From contig OZ024741.1 in NCBI GenBank assembly GCA_964016885.1, positions 364,250,001 through 364,314,000 of the forward strand: 64,000 bases of DNA. The letters are read 5' to 3'. Source of the DNA: Eledone cirrhosa. Taxonomy: Eukaryota. Shown piece by piece: positions 24,700 to 39,668 of the stretch. Both the position numbers and the translations under genes were made by a program. Below the pieces are notes generated by a model. That model did not search any database. It was given only the letters and a program-made list of their open reading frames with translations, and had not been told where the DNA came from. Position 1 is the stretch's first letter; each line of letters starts with the position of its first letter.

Positions 24700-25327
24700 C
24701 CATTCAACATCTATTTTCCATGTTTGCATGGGTTAGACGGGTTGTTCATGTCAGTAGACAAGTCTGGCCAGAATTGGCCACGCTGTACCTTGCTCCAACG
24801 AGACTGTAAATTTGGCCGGGGTTTTTACAGCTGGCTGCCCGTCCTAACACCAACTACATTTATAGTGTGGAACTGAATGGCACTGTTCTGAGGAGGGACA
24901 GGCCAGTTGGCCACGCTGAACCCTTCTCACAACGGAATCATAGTTTGGGACCCGTTACCACATTTACAGTGTGGAACTAGATGGCATTACTACACGGAAG
25001 GACAGGCCAGCTGGCTGTGCTGAACCCTTCTTGGAGCAGAACCACAGTTTGGGAGCTTGGCAACTAGATGGCACTGCTATAAGAGGGGACACGCCACTTG
25101 GCCGTGCTGAACCCTTCTTACAGCAGAACCATAGTTTGGGTGCCGCAACCACATTTGCAGAGTGCAACTCGATGGCACTGCTATGAAGAGGGATAGGCCA
25201 GTTGACTGTACCAAACCCTTATCACAGCAGAACCACAGTTTGGGAACTATGACCACTTTTACAGTGTAGAACTGGATGGCACTACTACGAGGAGGGACAG
25301 GCCAGTTGGCCACGCCGAACCCTTCTC
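24665..25327 (-). mobile_element. RTE-type 3' end carrying five tandem ~100-bp units
   Basis: (ATC)n tail and RTE terminal motifs at 24665-24860; units start at ~24858, 24961, 25062, 25151 and 25255. Confidence 0.8.
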
Positions 25328-28300
25328 AAAAAAAAAAATGTATATATATATATTATGAACTTTTATAGTATCTATGCGGTTGAGCACAACATCATCTTTT
25401 ATACTTTTATATATATATATAAATATATATATTCTTTGTGCTTAAAAGTCCAAAATTTCGGCTTACGTAGATTGTTTATGCATATATGTATGTATGTAGA
25501 TTCTAGAGATGGAGGGCTTGTCAAGGTCATGGGCACTGTTCCTTCCACCAAACCTATCAAGTAAAATAAAAAAAATAATAAAACGCCTGTATGGAAAAAA
25601 CATAATGTGATGATGGTTTAATCAAATTGTCATTTTATTTTAGTGAGGTCAACTTACTTGAATTAAGAAAGCATTGAATTCTTGGATAAAATTAGCAGCT
25701 TTTAGATTTTTTATTACACAGAATGGTTTGTATTTGTTTAAAGTTGTGTTAAATTGAGATCTGTATAATTTCATGGTTGGATTACATAAAATTTGTATAT
25801 TTATGGATGTCTTTGTGCTGGAAGGTGTTCATAATAGAGATCCCATTACTAGAACAGAAGTCTAATATAGCCTCTCCATTCATATTTAGATCAGGATTGC
25901 CATTCCTTCCAATCACTCCTTTCCATGTCAGTGCCAATATATGCATTAACGTTTCCCAATAGTATATAAGACTTAGTCTTAATTACATCTAATGCTGCAG
26001 TGATTTCATCAAGGAAGGATCTGTAGTCAAACTCCCTCGGCTTGTCTTGCTTGGGGATCCAGTCAGATCAATTGGAGACAGTTGTTTCTGACAGAACCTG
26101 AAGAATGAACTAATTTATTATTAAATGTTCTAATTTGACTAATGTCATTTACTGTATCATCATCATCATTTAAATATTAAAAATAGTTAACCCTTTTTAT
26201 ACCAAACCACCTGAAACTGCACCTGGTTTTATGGTATACTGTTTGTCTGAAAATGTATATACTTATCAAAAGATCTTCCACTATAACTTTAGATGAGAAC
26301 CCTTGTTAAGTTATAGTTTGAAACAATGTTTTACAACTGGATGCCATTCCTGTATGTATGGTTCCATAATCATAGGGGCACCATAGTGACATGGCATTTC
26401 TTTGGCATTTTAAAGCCTGGTGGAGCCCATCTCTTTTCAGGTCTGAACACAGAATATTTCTTCCAGAGAAAGATAGAATGACTCGACCCCAGTACTAGAC
26501 TGGTACTCTTTTTATCAACCTTGAAAGGATGAAATGCAAAGTTGATGTTGGCGGGATATGAACTCAGAGAGCAGAGAGCCAGAAAGAATACAGGGAAGCA
26601 TTCTAGCTGATGTTCTAATGATTCTGGCAATTTACCGCTCTTACCCATCATTAAACACTCAATAAACCTCCCATGAGATGCAACCCCCAGAAAGTAAGCA
26701 CAACCTACACAAATATAAGTTGTAACAATAAGGATTTGTGGAATTATGACAGTTTCGGACAAAATATCTTGCAGTGTTTATTCTGACTCTTTGCATTCTG
26801 AGTCTCATTGAGATCTACTTTGCTTTTCACCCTTCCAAGTTCAATAAATAAAGTGCCTGTCTAGGGCAGTTGACTGATGGATTTGTTAGAATGTTGGACT
26901 TGTGGTATTTCTTTTAAACCTTTGTGTTCTGAATTCAAATCCTACTGTGACCTACTTGGGTAGGACTTCATCCATCACCTGGTTTAACACCACCAACTGG
27001 TCTTTGGGTGTCATTAGTAATGTCCACTTCATTGCAAGCATTTGGGCTAGGTCTCCAGTTTGAGGACACCTTCCATTCAACTCTCCTTTGGACTTGGATG
27101 TCCTAAAAAGGTTTATGGGCATTGCCCTTCCTCCTGACTTAATGATAAAACCAGGATAACCAAGATAACCAGGATGTTTCCATATTTCAAGAGTTTTATT
27201 CCATGGAATTTCTTCTATATTAGTTTCTGTTGATATATTTTTGTTTAATATTTGTTATCTTAATTTTGTTATTTATCACTGGCTTAGTCACAGGAGGAAG
27301 AAGGACAGCAACCATGACCCTTTTCAGGGTCTCAGTTAGGAAGTTTACTTCACACTGGAGTCCCCACCTGAATGCTTGCAATGGCCTGATGAGTTAAAAC
27401 TTTCCTGACCATATTTTAATAAAATATACTGGTAATTAACTCTTAACATCCTGTAATTATCTAACCGAAAACATATCTAAAATATGTTTTTTTAATTCAA
27501 ATGATTATAGTATCTTTACTAATGGACAGATCATTGTAGAGAATTACATTATTAGAATAAAGACTTTAATTTTTACTGCGATGCAATCATAGTGCTGTTT
27601 TATACATTTTAAGAAGATCTTGAGCATGTGGTTTCATACAGTACAGGGTGTTACGAGGTAAAAAAGAATTTGGAGTGATTTTCTGAAATTATTTCATTTC
27701 AAAGGTTCTCATATTAAATTATATTGGAAGGTTTTAAATAGGAGCCTATTAAAAGTGTGTGTGTGTGTGTGGTGGGGGTTGTGTTATAGGACTATAGGCA
27801 GTTTTGGATGGGTTAGTATCAAAAGAGTGAATCTGGGCAATGATGTAAATCTATCATCACAAGTACAACTCCCTCTTTCATTATCAACATCTTATGTCTG
27901 TTTTCTATGCTTGCATACTTTGGATGGGTTGTTACAATACAATTCAGTTTTTAATAGTGTTACTGCACATCGAGGTAGCTTGGGTACCACATCATGCCTG
28001 CATGTTCTATAAAATTTAACACGCAAGGATTTGGTTCACTTGGCACCAATCTGCTTCACAGTGTATTAAACCTAAGACCATGTAATCATGAAGCCATGTC
28101 TCTTCCCCACTATATTTATATATGACAGGCTTCTGCACAGTTTCCATCTACCAAATCTCTCTCACTACCTGAGGCTACAGTAGAAGACACTTTGCCAAAA
28201 GTACTTTGTAGTGGAATCAATTATGGAATCATATAGTTATGTGGTGAACTTCTTAACTACACTGTTATTCTTATCCTTGTTGATAATTAGTGAAAAATGT

Positions 28301-30286
28301 TTTATGGTCTTGGATTTCCTAAAACATAAGAACACCATGAACTACATAAGAAAATAAAGCTTCTTTGAATGTTTTGCTTCTATTTATATTTGTTACTCAT
28401 TTTGAATAATGATATTAGATTTAAATTATATCTTTGTAGTAGTGTTCATATGTAATTGCCTAAGTGATGCTATGTAAAGAACTTCTTAGCTGGTATTAGT
28501 TTTAAGATATAGGAGCAGGGCTAGACAGATGAGGTTAGTCTAGTTTTGAGAGCAACAGTATAAGTTTTGTTCCTGAGCATATCAAAACATGAAGAGGGTA
28601 CATGAAGAGGTTATATGAAGAGGGGAGTGACTTAAGTGGAAGCAAGCTAAGCTATAAAAAAATAGCTGGTGGGTGAAATATATGATGATAATTCTTCTAA
28701 GCATGGAAAAACAGCTAAAAGGAATGAATAGTATATATATAGAATATCAAAGTTGGAACGATTGCTAATGTGTCAAGGTTTAGTATCCAGTTTGAAGTTT
28801 TGATACTGCTTTCAGTAGGAATTTCAAAATACCATCAAATTGTAGACACTATCCTTTTACCAAAAAATGAAATTAATGACTCATAGTTACTTCTCTACAT
28901 ATAATCATCTAAAACAATATACATTTTTTTGTTGTTGCTTTGTGTTTTGAGTACTATTAACCCACCTGACACTGCCTTTGGTTTTACTATACTAAACCAT
29001 TCGTTTTAAAGTGTTTATATCTAAAAACTTTCCATCATATTTTTATGTAAGAAAATTAGAATTTGATTTTTTGCTGTAACATATGTTACATAAATGTAAA
29101 TATGGGTTGTATCGAATAATAATAATTGTTTCTACTTTTGGTACAAGGCCTGCAATTGTCCCAGTGCATTACTGGTGCTTTATTTATCGACCCTGTAAGG
29201 ATGAAAGGCAAAGCTAACCTTGGCGGGATTCAAACTCAGACCGTAAAGGACTGTAACTCTATGCTGCAAAGCATAGCATCCGACCCTCTACTGATACGGC
29301 CTCATAAGGCTATGGTTTTGTTTTTGATGACTATTGTCATCCGTTTGTTCAACAGTAGCATCGAGGAACAATCAACATGTTTCTAGGTCATTTCTCTTCA
29401 TCAGGACTGTATACATCTCTGCTACTTGATTGAACTGTTGAAAATGTATAGTATTTTCTAAAGTATACATCAGCTGATAAGCCTCATTTGTATACTGAGC
29501 GATTTTAGGGCTGTCCTTGCCGAAAATTAAAAACAAAATTAGAATTTGATTTTTCGCTCTAACATAGCACATAAATGTAAATATGGGTTATATCGAATAA
29601 TAATATTTGATTCATTTGCAAGCAAGCAGCCTCATTATGCTATGTTTTGTTTTGATTACTATTGTCATCCATTTGCTCAACAGTAGCATCAAACAGTAGC
29701 GAAAAATCAAATTCTAATTATAATATATATATATTGTTATATTTGGGGAGGGTCATGTTGTCCTAATATTGCCAGAAAAAATAGTAAAACACACTCACTG
29801 TTTGGTTTGGGTTTCAGTATGTTTTTATATTTCTATAAATAATTTAGCTAGCAATCAATGTTTATCATTGATTGACCAACAGTTAGAAATATAAATATAA
29901 ATATAGTTTCTCAAAGTTCTTTCATCACACATATCTGTGACATCTTCACTGATTATCATGTTCCCTCCTGTTGGGTTCCTACGTTTTTTTATTCTATTTA
30001 TTCGATTTATCTTTTGGGTTGTCTCTGTTTCTGCATGCATTTGTGTGCGTATATTCTGTTTGATGCGAGCTTGTGTATTCATGCCTGAGTCTGCGCGTGT
30101 CTATGTGTTTATATTCTATCTTTGGTCACTAGTGTGTGTTTGTGTGTGGGTGTTGTTATTGCATCTGCGTATATTTATATTCTATCTTAAATCACTAGTG
30201 TGTGTTTGTGTATTGTTGTTATTCCATTCATATTTTCTGTTCAGCCTAGGCTGAACAAATACATTGCAAAACAAATACACTGCCAC

Positions 30287-30323
<37 letters not shown>

Positions 30324-30994
30324 GTATATATATTGTAGCCATTTTGAGGTCGATGAATAAAACACCAGTTTAGTATCTGAACACCAGTTCAGATGAATAA
30401 AACACCAGTTCTTCACTGGAAGAAAATCAGTTGTGTTAAAATCTGAAGAGGAATGGGTCTCTGACATGTTTAAAATTCCCAAGATACACCATATGTTAAA
30501 AAGACACCCCTATGACTCCACCAGGAATTAAGAGTCTTTTCACTTTTTTTTATTTTTACCTTTTTATCATAGTATGGGTTGGATGGGTTAAATAACCATG
30601 TCTTGCTCATACATTCCCCAGTTAAAAAAGCTGTCGGACTTTCTTTTGCCAGAAAATCAGTGTTGTTCCTGTATACATCAACTATAACTTTGCCTTTCAT
30701 CCTTACGGGGTCGATAAAAAAAAGTACCAGTCATGCACTAGGGTCGATTTAATCGACTTTCCCCTCCCCCAAAATTGCTGGCCTTGTGCCTATATAAGAA
30801 ATCATTATTAAAAAAAAAGAAAAATACTATTTGGAAAAGAAATATCAAGACCAAGACATCATTGGCAGTATTTTATTTGCAGGTCCTCTCCCCCCTCCCC
30901 GACACTCACAGATATGGATTAGACAGGTTAGTAGATAATCAAACAGACTCAACCAACCTAAATCAGCATTGGAAAATTAAAAATAAAATAAAAA

Positions 30995-31245
30995 TTACAA
31001 AAAGATGATGATGGTGATGATGAGGGTGACGATAATGATGGTGATGATGAGGGTGATGACGATGATGATGATGATGATAATGATGATAATGGCAGTGATG
31101 ACGATGATGACAATGGCAATGATGATGATGATGATAATAGTGATAATAATGATTCTGATGATAACGATGTTGACGTTGATGATGGTGAAGATGATAGTGA
31201 CGACGATGATGGTGATGATGATGATGATGTTGATGATGATGATAA
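30995..31245 (+). repeat. (GAT)n tract
   Basis: Direct inspection. Confidence 0.9.
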
Positions 31246-32499
31246 CCTTACGCTCTTTTTCGTTTTTTTTTTTCTAAATATACTACTTAGCCCATTAGTC
31301 AGAGGTAAAATGTAAAGATTTATCTATTGATTGCTTGTTTAGGTTTAAGAGGAGGGAGAATAGAGAGTGAAAAAGAATAACATTCCTTTTAATTAAAAAA
31401 AGAAGCCAAAAACATTCCCAAACCCAGTCTGCTGTTTTAATGCTATTTGATAGAAAAAACAACGAAAAAGAAAAAGAAAAAGAAAAAGAAAAAGAAAAAG
31501 AAAAAGAAAAAGAAAAAGGAAATTTCTTCTCAATATATAAGTCTTTACACTTAAAGTAATTTAATTAATTTTTTAAAACTAGTTTTTCTAACCTATTTGA
31601 TATCAACCCGGCCAAAATCAACTCTGCTTCGGCAAAAAAAAAAAAGAAAGGCACCCATTTTGAAGGGTTCTTATTTAAATTAATATCTTCCTACATAATT
31701 TTATATAAGAACCATATGTTAAGTTACTATCTAATATATAATGATTGGAGAACTGCGAGACTGTGTCAGGGATTTTTTTCTGAAGGCATTATTAAAATAA
31801 GTTGGATTACTTTGAATAAATGATGAATGAATATTATGTAATTTATCTACTAAATTTCGTAGCTCTTGATTAAATATAAATATTCTTATATATAAATATT
31901 CTTATATATAAATATTCTTATATATGCAAGCGTGGAAGATGAACGTTAAACGATGATGATGATGATGATAATGTATTGCTTATTTTAAGATTCACTTCTT
32001 TTAAAATTTTCAAATGTCAACATTTCCAATTAGTGTCCATTATATCATAACATTTCGGCGTACACTATATCACATTGTTTATATAAATGTTAATATATTT
32101 GCATCGTTATATAATATTTATATTTCTGTCGCTAATTTTCTCCTTTTTTGTTTTCATAACATTTCGCCATAATGCAGTTTATATATAATATCGTCTTTTT
32201 TAAATGTATCATGGATTACTTTACTGATTACAGAAGAGAGTGTAACACAGTCTCTCTTCAATTTCTGTGTATATTGTCAATTACGATTTTATTTGACGTA
32301 TTATATATATGTTCATATATATTTGCATATAATATCAATATGCACACTACACATGCTAGTAGAAAACCATCTAAAGGGTGGTTTTTCTGCTTGTCTTAGT
32401 AATGTAATAATTTATAATTTTAGTAAATCACATGGATATTTGAATTAATTAATTGGAATGGAGTGTTTTTCATTACAAATATAGTCACAAAAGGTTCAA

Positions 32500-32714
32500 C
32501 CCTTTAGGATTTACATTGCTCTGCTATTATATTTTCATGGTAAAGGCCTTATCTCACATAATATGGAATCTATGAGATTTTGATGATGTTATTTTGATGA
32601 TGTTATTTTGAGAACAATACTTTAATGTCAGTATGAGTGGCTGGTTGTGGCTGGTTTGAACAGAAAGAGGTGAGAGAATTCTGACCAGATATGGCCAGTT
32701 TAAATGCTAAAGGG
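32500..32714 (+). mobile_element. piggyBac-type MITE family B
   Basis: CCCTTTAG(G/C)ATTTA...TAAATGCTAAAGGG|TTAA; copies at 47173, 49519 and ~63790-63948 (-). Confidence 0.7.
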
Positions 32715-32728
32715 TTAAACTATATAGG

Positions 32729-33090
32729 TGCAGCAGGCGTGGCTGTGTGGTTAAGAAGTATACTTCAAAACCACATGGTTTTGGATTCAGTTCAGACCCA
32801 CTGCATGGCATCTTGGGTAAATGTCTTCTACTATAGCCGAGTTGACCAATGCCTTGTGTGCGAAATTTTTTAGATGGAAACTGTGTGGAAGTCTGTTATA
32901 TGTGGCTGTCCATGTGTGTATGTGTTTGTTTATATCCTGTAACTTACAAAAAGAGATTGATAAAATAAATACCAGATTTGATAAAAGAAAGTACTGTGAG
33001 TGGCATGGTTGACTAAATCCTTTCAAGGCCAGTGTCCCTGCATGGTTGTGCTGCAATGACTGAAACCAGTTCAAGGACAAAAGAATACTC
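32729..33090 (+). mobile_element. SINE family 3
   Basis: GCAGGCGTGGCTGTGTGGTTAAG head, CATCTTGGGTAAATGTCTTCTACTATAGCC body, AATGACTGAAACCAGT 3' end. Confidence 0.75.
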
Positions 33091-36000
33091 AAATTCAATT
33101 CAATGATTATATGCTGCTTTCTAATTGATTTTGATTTTATGTATATTTAATAAACAATGAAATTTAGTTATGAAAATAAACATTGGGTTGACTGGGTCTT
33201 CATGATTTGCCTTTAGTAGCTTATTCAACCTATCTGTTTTGGAAATGTTTCAAGATTATATTGTGTAAATATAACAGTTATTACTTAGAACGTTTGCTGC
33301 ATCATTAGATCATTGGTATTTGCTCTGGCTCACAGCACCTCTCAGTTCAAATCACATCAAGATCAATTTTGCCTTTTATCCTTCTAGGGTTGCTAAATAA
33401 AGATCCAATCACTTCTTTCCCCTAAATTGCTGGGTTTGTGCTCAAATTAGAAATTATTATTAAGAGGGTAATGGATTAGTAGAATCAGTAGAACCTCAGA
33501 AAAATGCTGTGCAATATTTTTGCCATCTTTTTAGGTTCTGAGTTCAAATCCACCTAGGTCAACTTTGTCTTTCATTTTTTCGGTTGTTGATGAAATAAAG
33601 TACAAGTCAACTAACTACTGTGGTCGATATAATTGACTTTCCCCTCCACCTAAATTGCTAACCATGTGACTAAATCAGAAATCATTAGTATTTCCTCCTC
33701 TATCTGAGGTTGTGTGGAACCATCTGAGCAACTTCACAGTGTTCACTTAATGACTGTTTTTGCTGCCAATTACTCTTGTACATCCTATGCTCTAAAGTTC
33801 TGTTTCTTTGACAGTCTGCCAGAGATCCCACTGTGTCTTTTTTGTCTGCCTGCTACTTGCACTGAATACATACTATTGAGTTCCTACTATCCCCCTCCCT
33901 AGATATTCATAAGTAACACTTAAATTTTTTTATAATAAATATAGTTTACAAAAGAAACAAATCAATAATAATCAGAGAAAAATGCAAAAAAAAAAAAATG
34001 GGAGAGGACTTGCACACTCATTTATACACTGCTGTTGGTGTTTCTCTCTAAAAGTTTTTGAGGCAAGCCAAGATATTCATGGCATTACCATGAGTGATAG
34101 CAAGGCAAAAGCATTGGATTAGCCAAACACCCTTATGAACATCAGTCGATAATTCAGATGAGCTGCCAACAATGACAAAAACCTTGTCAGCAACCTAGCT
34201 CCCCTGAACATCTTGAATGCCACAGGCTGAAAAATGTAGTTAACTGATAAGCCACAGTATTTTTTGCCTATGGACTTCCACCACCACTGTAGCATCTAGG
34301 ATGTGAGAAGGAGAAGACAGTGGTATTCTAGATGAGCCCAGGTCTAACTAATCAGCTGTCTGCTAAGACAGTTGACTAGGATTTTGTTTTCTCTGTTACT
34401 GACTTTAGTCAGTTTGTTTGGACATCATTGAAGAAGCAACTGATGTTTTGTCATAAAATATTCCTCACATAATCTTTTTTTTTTTTTTTTTTAAATATTG
34501 ATTCCTAATTTAGACACAAGGCATGCAAATTTTTTGGTAAAGTTGATTAAATTAACCCCAGTATGACTTGTATTTTATTTTATTGACTGAAAAAGTTAAC
34601 CTTTGCAGGATTTTTACTTAGAATGTAAAAAGCCAGAACAAATACCACAGTGGCATTTTAACCATCATCTTAACTGCCAATCCACCATCTTTTTTTTTCT
34701 TAAAAATATCAAAAGTGAAAAAATCTCAATTAAGACAATATATAAAGTATCGTAATGATGAAAAGAAAGTAAACAAAAAACAAAAAAACAACAACAAAAA
34801 CAAAGAAAGAACTTGTGGAAAGAATGGCTAAGGAAAGAATTGCTGAACAGTTTTACAGGCGAAGCCAGCCAGCTAGACACCGAGAAGTAGACCACAAGCA
34901 AGAAGGTTTCATAACATCCAGAAGCTCAATTAGTCTTGTTTGAGCATCTAACCAGATCATTTGGAGATGGTTTCTTCCGATAAAACTCTGAAAGGCATGT
35001 TTGGAGGACTCTGCCCTCATGACCCTCTGGTGAAGAAGAAAAAGAAGAAAAGAAAAAATGTGGGGAGAGAGATAGGGAGGGGGAACTCTACATTCCTTGC
35101 TTGATGACATATCTCAGCTGTACTCAGGACAAGATGACAAAAGTGTTACCATGGAGAACAGTCAGCAATACTTGCTGCATTAGCCATTCCACCTTATGGG
35201 ACTCCTTCTTTGGGCATGGTGCTTTTGTCCTGATTTGGCAGAGGAAAATGTCAGATTGGGGACTGAAGACACAATACATAGGTCAACCCAAAGCTATGTT
35301 AGAAGACACCTGCTTAAGGTACCACACAGTGGAACTGAACCTGAAACCATGTGGTTGTGAATCAGACGCCTTAACCATATAGCTTTGTCTGCATCTATAT
35401 AGAATTGATAGAGAGAAGGTCATTGGCACAGACAAGCAAAGTGATTAGTGCTTGGAGAAGTCCTGAGTTGTTTGGACATGTGTGTGTTTGTCTATTTATA
35501 TGTGTGTTTATATGTGCATGTGTGTGCGTGTGTGTTATTGTGGCTATATGTGTATTAGTGAGTTTGTATGTGTGTGTTTGTATGTGTGTATGTCTATGTT
35601 AGTGTGTCTATATATGTGTGTGTACATGTTAGAAACAGTTCTATCAACACGTGATGCTAGTGAAGAAAGCAAAGCTATCAATACATTTAAAAGACTATAA
35701 TCTCAGTCTATAGCTGGGTGATATTTCATGCCAGATTTGCTAATGTCTGGATCAATAATTTTTTGACCTCCTCTTTTCTTTCAATCTATCATTTTAGATT
35801 TCAAATAAAACTTCTTTTAACCTGGTCTCCGGAATTATCCTTTCCTCACCTTTCTGAATAATGTCACATTGCTTTCGCTCATCTTCAAGAAAGATATCAC
35901 AAAAGAAAGCTTTGAGTCATTCTACTTATTGCCTATTGCAATTGTGATATATAGAATTTATTTAAATAAGTGTTGTGAGATACATTAGAAAAAGAAAAGT

Positions 36001-36547
36001 CGAATTTATGATTTTTTTTATGGTCTGTTAATATTTTCCTTTATGATTTATTGAAAAACTAAGTTTTCATATGAATATAATATATTTCTATAACTTTTCG
36101 ATTCAGTTAACCCTTTTGATACCAAACCACTGAAACTCTCCTTAACTATACAAAATTATTTATCTTATAAAGTTTGTATTAATCTAAAAACCTCCCATCA
36201 TAATTTTATGGAAGATCCTTTGTTAAGTTATACTCCAAACCGTAGCTTAATAATGAGAAAGTTAGCTATTTTACTAAATCCCTTCCAATATTCTTTTTAA
36301 AACTATTAGAAAATCACAGGTAGTATCTTTTATTAGAAATATGGTTATGCAACAAGTGTTTTAAGGCCATTTCCTTCACTAAATCAGGGCTTAGACTTTT
36401 GGGCCCAAATAAAGGGTTCATGCTCATCATGGGGTCCTTTCTGAAGCAATGTTTTTGACTGGATGTCATTCCTGCTGCCAGTCCATGAAGTGTATCTATT
36501 CTATGACAGTGTATCTATTCTATGACCAGTATATTAGAAATTGTGTA

Positions 36548-36830
36548 GGCACATGGCTTAGTGCTTAGAGCATTAGGCTTACAATTGTGCGGTTCTGAGT
36601 TTGATTCCTGGACTGGGTGGTATGTTGTGTCCTCGTGCAAGACATTTTATTTAACGTTGCTCCAGTTCACTCAGCTGTAGAAATGTGTTGTAACATCACT
36701 GATGTCAAGCTGTATCAGCCGTTGCTTTTTCCTCAGACAACATCAGTGGCATGGAGACTGTTATGCTTGGGTGACTGCTGGTCTTTCACAAAACTTTTCC
36801 CTTGGAGGGTGAACTTTCTAGGTGCAAATA
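36548..36830 (+). mobile_element. SINE family 2 with a different 3' end
   Basis: GGCACATGGCTTAGTGCTTAG head, CTCCAGTTCACTCAGCTG body. Confidence 0.7.
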
Positions 36831-37344
36831 CCGTGTGTGTGTGAGTGTGTGTGTACGTGTGTATTACAATTACATCGTGAAAGATTTATTTTAGTCACAC
36901 AGAGTGGAAAATTTATTTAAGACAACACAATAGCTGTTAAATTTCCTTTCTCTTTAGTTCGTAATACTACAGTCTATTGTGAAGTGGACTGGCAGAATTA
37001 TTAGAGTATCTGATTTTTTTTTATATTAGAAATATGGTAATGAATAGGTTAGAGAATATTTGATGTAATTTTGATGTTTATTGATTAAGATATTATTATT
37101 AATCTGGCAATTATGTAGAGTTTTGCTGGATTAGAAAAAAAGGAAATTTTCTTTTTAATTGCCTCCTGCTCAAGGCCACTTCTTCCTTTTCTTACTCACA
37201 GATGAAATAGAATGTCTAAGATGAACATTTCTACACATTTATTTAGAATTATTGTATACATATTTAAAGTATACAATAGGAGAAAATATGTTAAAATATA
37301 TTAATCACCATCATCAAATATTTATAAAATAATCTTAATGTCTA

Positions 37345-37694
37345 TCATCATCATCATCATCATCATCATCATTTTACGTCCACTTTTCCCTGCTTGCAAG
37401 GGTGGGACAGGAACTGATTTTGGCTTGATTTTTACAGCTGGATGCCCTTCCTAACACCAACCGCATTTACAGTGAGTGCTGAAGCTTTTTTATCTGTGGC
37501 ACCTCCACAACCACTTTGCAGTGGAATGATAGGGACCTCAGTCCTTATCATCTCATTTCTACAGCTGAGTAAACTGGAGCAATGTAAAATAAAGTGTCTT
37601 GCTTAAGGAAACAACACATCATCCTGTCTGAGAATTGAACTCACAACCTTTCGATTGCAAGTCCAATGCTCTAACCACTAAGCCATGTGCCTCC
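37345..37694 (-). mobile_element. SINE family 2 with RTE tail
   Basis: Reverse complement of 17332-17677. Confidence 0.85.
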
Positions 37695-37698
37695 ATAT

Positions 37699-38085
37699 AT
37701 AAAAGCACCCAGCCCACACTGTAAAGTAGTTGTGTAGGTTTCATGACAAAAAGCAACCAGTTCACTGTAAAGTGGTTGTGTAGGTTTCACGACAAAAAGC
37801 ACCCAACCCACACTGTAAAGTGATGATGTAGGTTTCATGACAAAAAGCACCCAGTTCACACTGTAAAGTGGTGATGTAGGTTTAATGACAAAAAGCACCC
37901 AGTACTCACTGTAAATGTGGTTGGCATTAGGAAGGGCATCCAGCTGTAGAAACCATGCCAAAATCAGTTTTGTATGAGCAAGACAAGGTCTTTTGACCTG
38001 GCATTTCTCACAACAGGACAACTTGTCTTACCCATGCCAGCGTGGAAAAATGGACGTTAAACGTTGATGATAATGATGATGATGA
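37699..38085 (+). mobile_element. RTE 3' end with five tandem ~44-bp modules
   Basis: AAAAAGCACCCAG..CACTGTAAAGTGGT.GTGTAGGTTTCATGAC repeats, then AGGAAGGGCATCC and a TGA tail. Confidence 0.85.
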
Positions 38086-38419
38086 CATATATATATATGT
38101 GTTAGTTTGAAAATGCATTGATTCTATGGTGTTTATCACACAATGAAGTAAATATACTATTATAATTTCTTCACTGCTATTCTAAAACTACTAGGAATAA
38201 TTTCAATTTCTTCATTATCATCATTAAACATCCATTCTTCCATGTGTATATCTCACATATCTTGTTCTCTGGATATTCCATATTTCAATCTATTCTCTGA
38301 CTCCATTCTGTATATTCTGACAGTTATAACTGTTGACCAAGTGTGACGTAATGTAGCCCCCAATACATTTATATAGTTTTATTGTTGTCTAGACTGTTCT
38401 TGTGTAATTGATGCCTTCA

Positions 38420-38531
38420 ATGATTACAAATGGACGTTGATGTGTAACAGTTACAACTCTCTGGATGACACTTGAATGATTACAAATGGACGTTGATGTG
38501 TAACAGTTACAACTCTCTGGATGACACTTGA
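38420..38531. repeat. Exact 56-bp tandem duplication
   Basis: ATGATTACAAATGGACG...GACACTTGA twice. Confidence 0.9.
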
Positions 38532-39469
38532 GCTAGTTGGAAACCAATAACTTTCATAATTTGGAACTAATGTGGCCATTGATGTTGTAGTGGCATATAT
38601 AGTGACATATGTGTTTTGTGCTTTGAATTATGTGATAGGGTCACTGTTTGTTTTTTGCCGTTTTTCTACTCCCAAGTCTGCCCTGTTTAAGTAGACCTGT
38701 GATCAAAATGTTTTTTTTTTGTATATCATGGCCTACATTGTTCAATGTGTCATTCCTTTTTTAAGAGGGTAGAATGTTATTTAAGGGAGATTTCACTTCT
38801 ATTTCAAGCATGTTCAGAGATCACATAGAAGTGTTGTCGTTGAGCCATTGAGCTATTGAGAGACAGACTATTTAGAATGTTTTCTATAATTTTAGTATTT
38901 TGTTGATATCTCTTTGTCGGTGTCCTTCCTTTTTTTAGGTGGTAAAATGTAATTTATGGCAGATTTGTCTGCTGTTTCTAGCATGCTGAGAGATCACATA
39001 CAAATTCTGACATCGAGCCATTGATGGACAAATGTTTTAGAATGTTTATAGTATTTTGTTGATATTTTTTGTCTAATGTGTCCTTCCTTTTTTTAGGTGG
39101 TAAAAAGTAATTTATGGCAGATTTGACTGCTGTTTCTAGCATGTTGCGAGCTCACATACAAATACTGTCATCAAGGCATTGATGGACAAATGTTATATTT
39201 CTTTATCTACAGTGTCTTTCCTAGCATGCTGAGAATTCTGATAGAGATGCCCACATTGAGCCATTGAGGAACAAACTTACTTTTCAGAACGTTGGTGTGT
39301 TATTCTAGTACATTGTTGATATTTCTAAATGTAATGACTGGTTAGATATCTTGTTACAAAGGTTGTGTATGTTGGAACAGCCAGTAGCTACGATGGATGT
39401 TATTTTGATTTTGAATGATATATATTTCTTTCTAGGCTGTGACTGTGAAAAGAAATATATATGTATACA

Positions 39470-39544
<75 letters not shown>

Positions 39545-39602
39545 TATATATATAAATATATATATATACACACACACATATATATATATACACATATATA
39601 TG

Positions 39603-39668
<66 letters not shown>

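Noticed and set aside
24858-25327. CRISPR-like or twister-ribozyme array
   Set aside because: No unique spacers or cas genes in a eukaryotic context; minus-strand GTCCCAAAC/GAAGGG only superficially resembles twister and lacks the UAA-P2 and AAGC elements
27383-27410. CTGATGAG hammerhead-like start (also CTGAAGAG at ~18160 and ~30442)
   Set aside because: No matching stem II-GAAA-stem I could be assembled
34020-35270. Non-repetitive-looking blocks as possible exons
   Set aside because: No kinase motifs or clean splice-bounded frames; probably old LINE debris that I cannot classify
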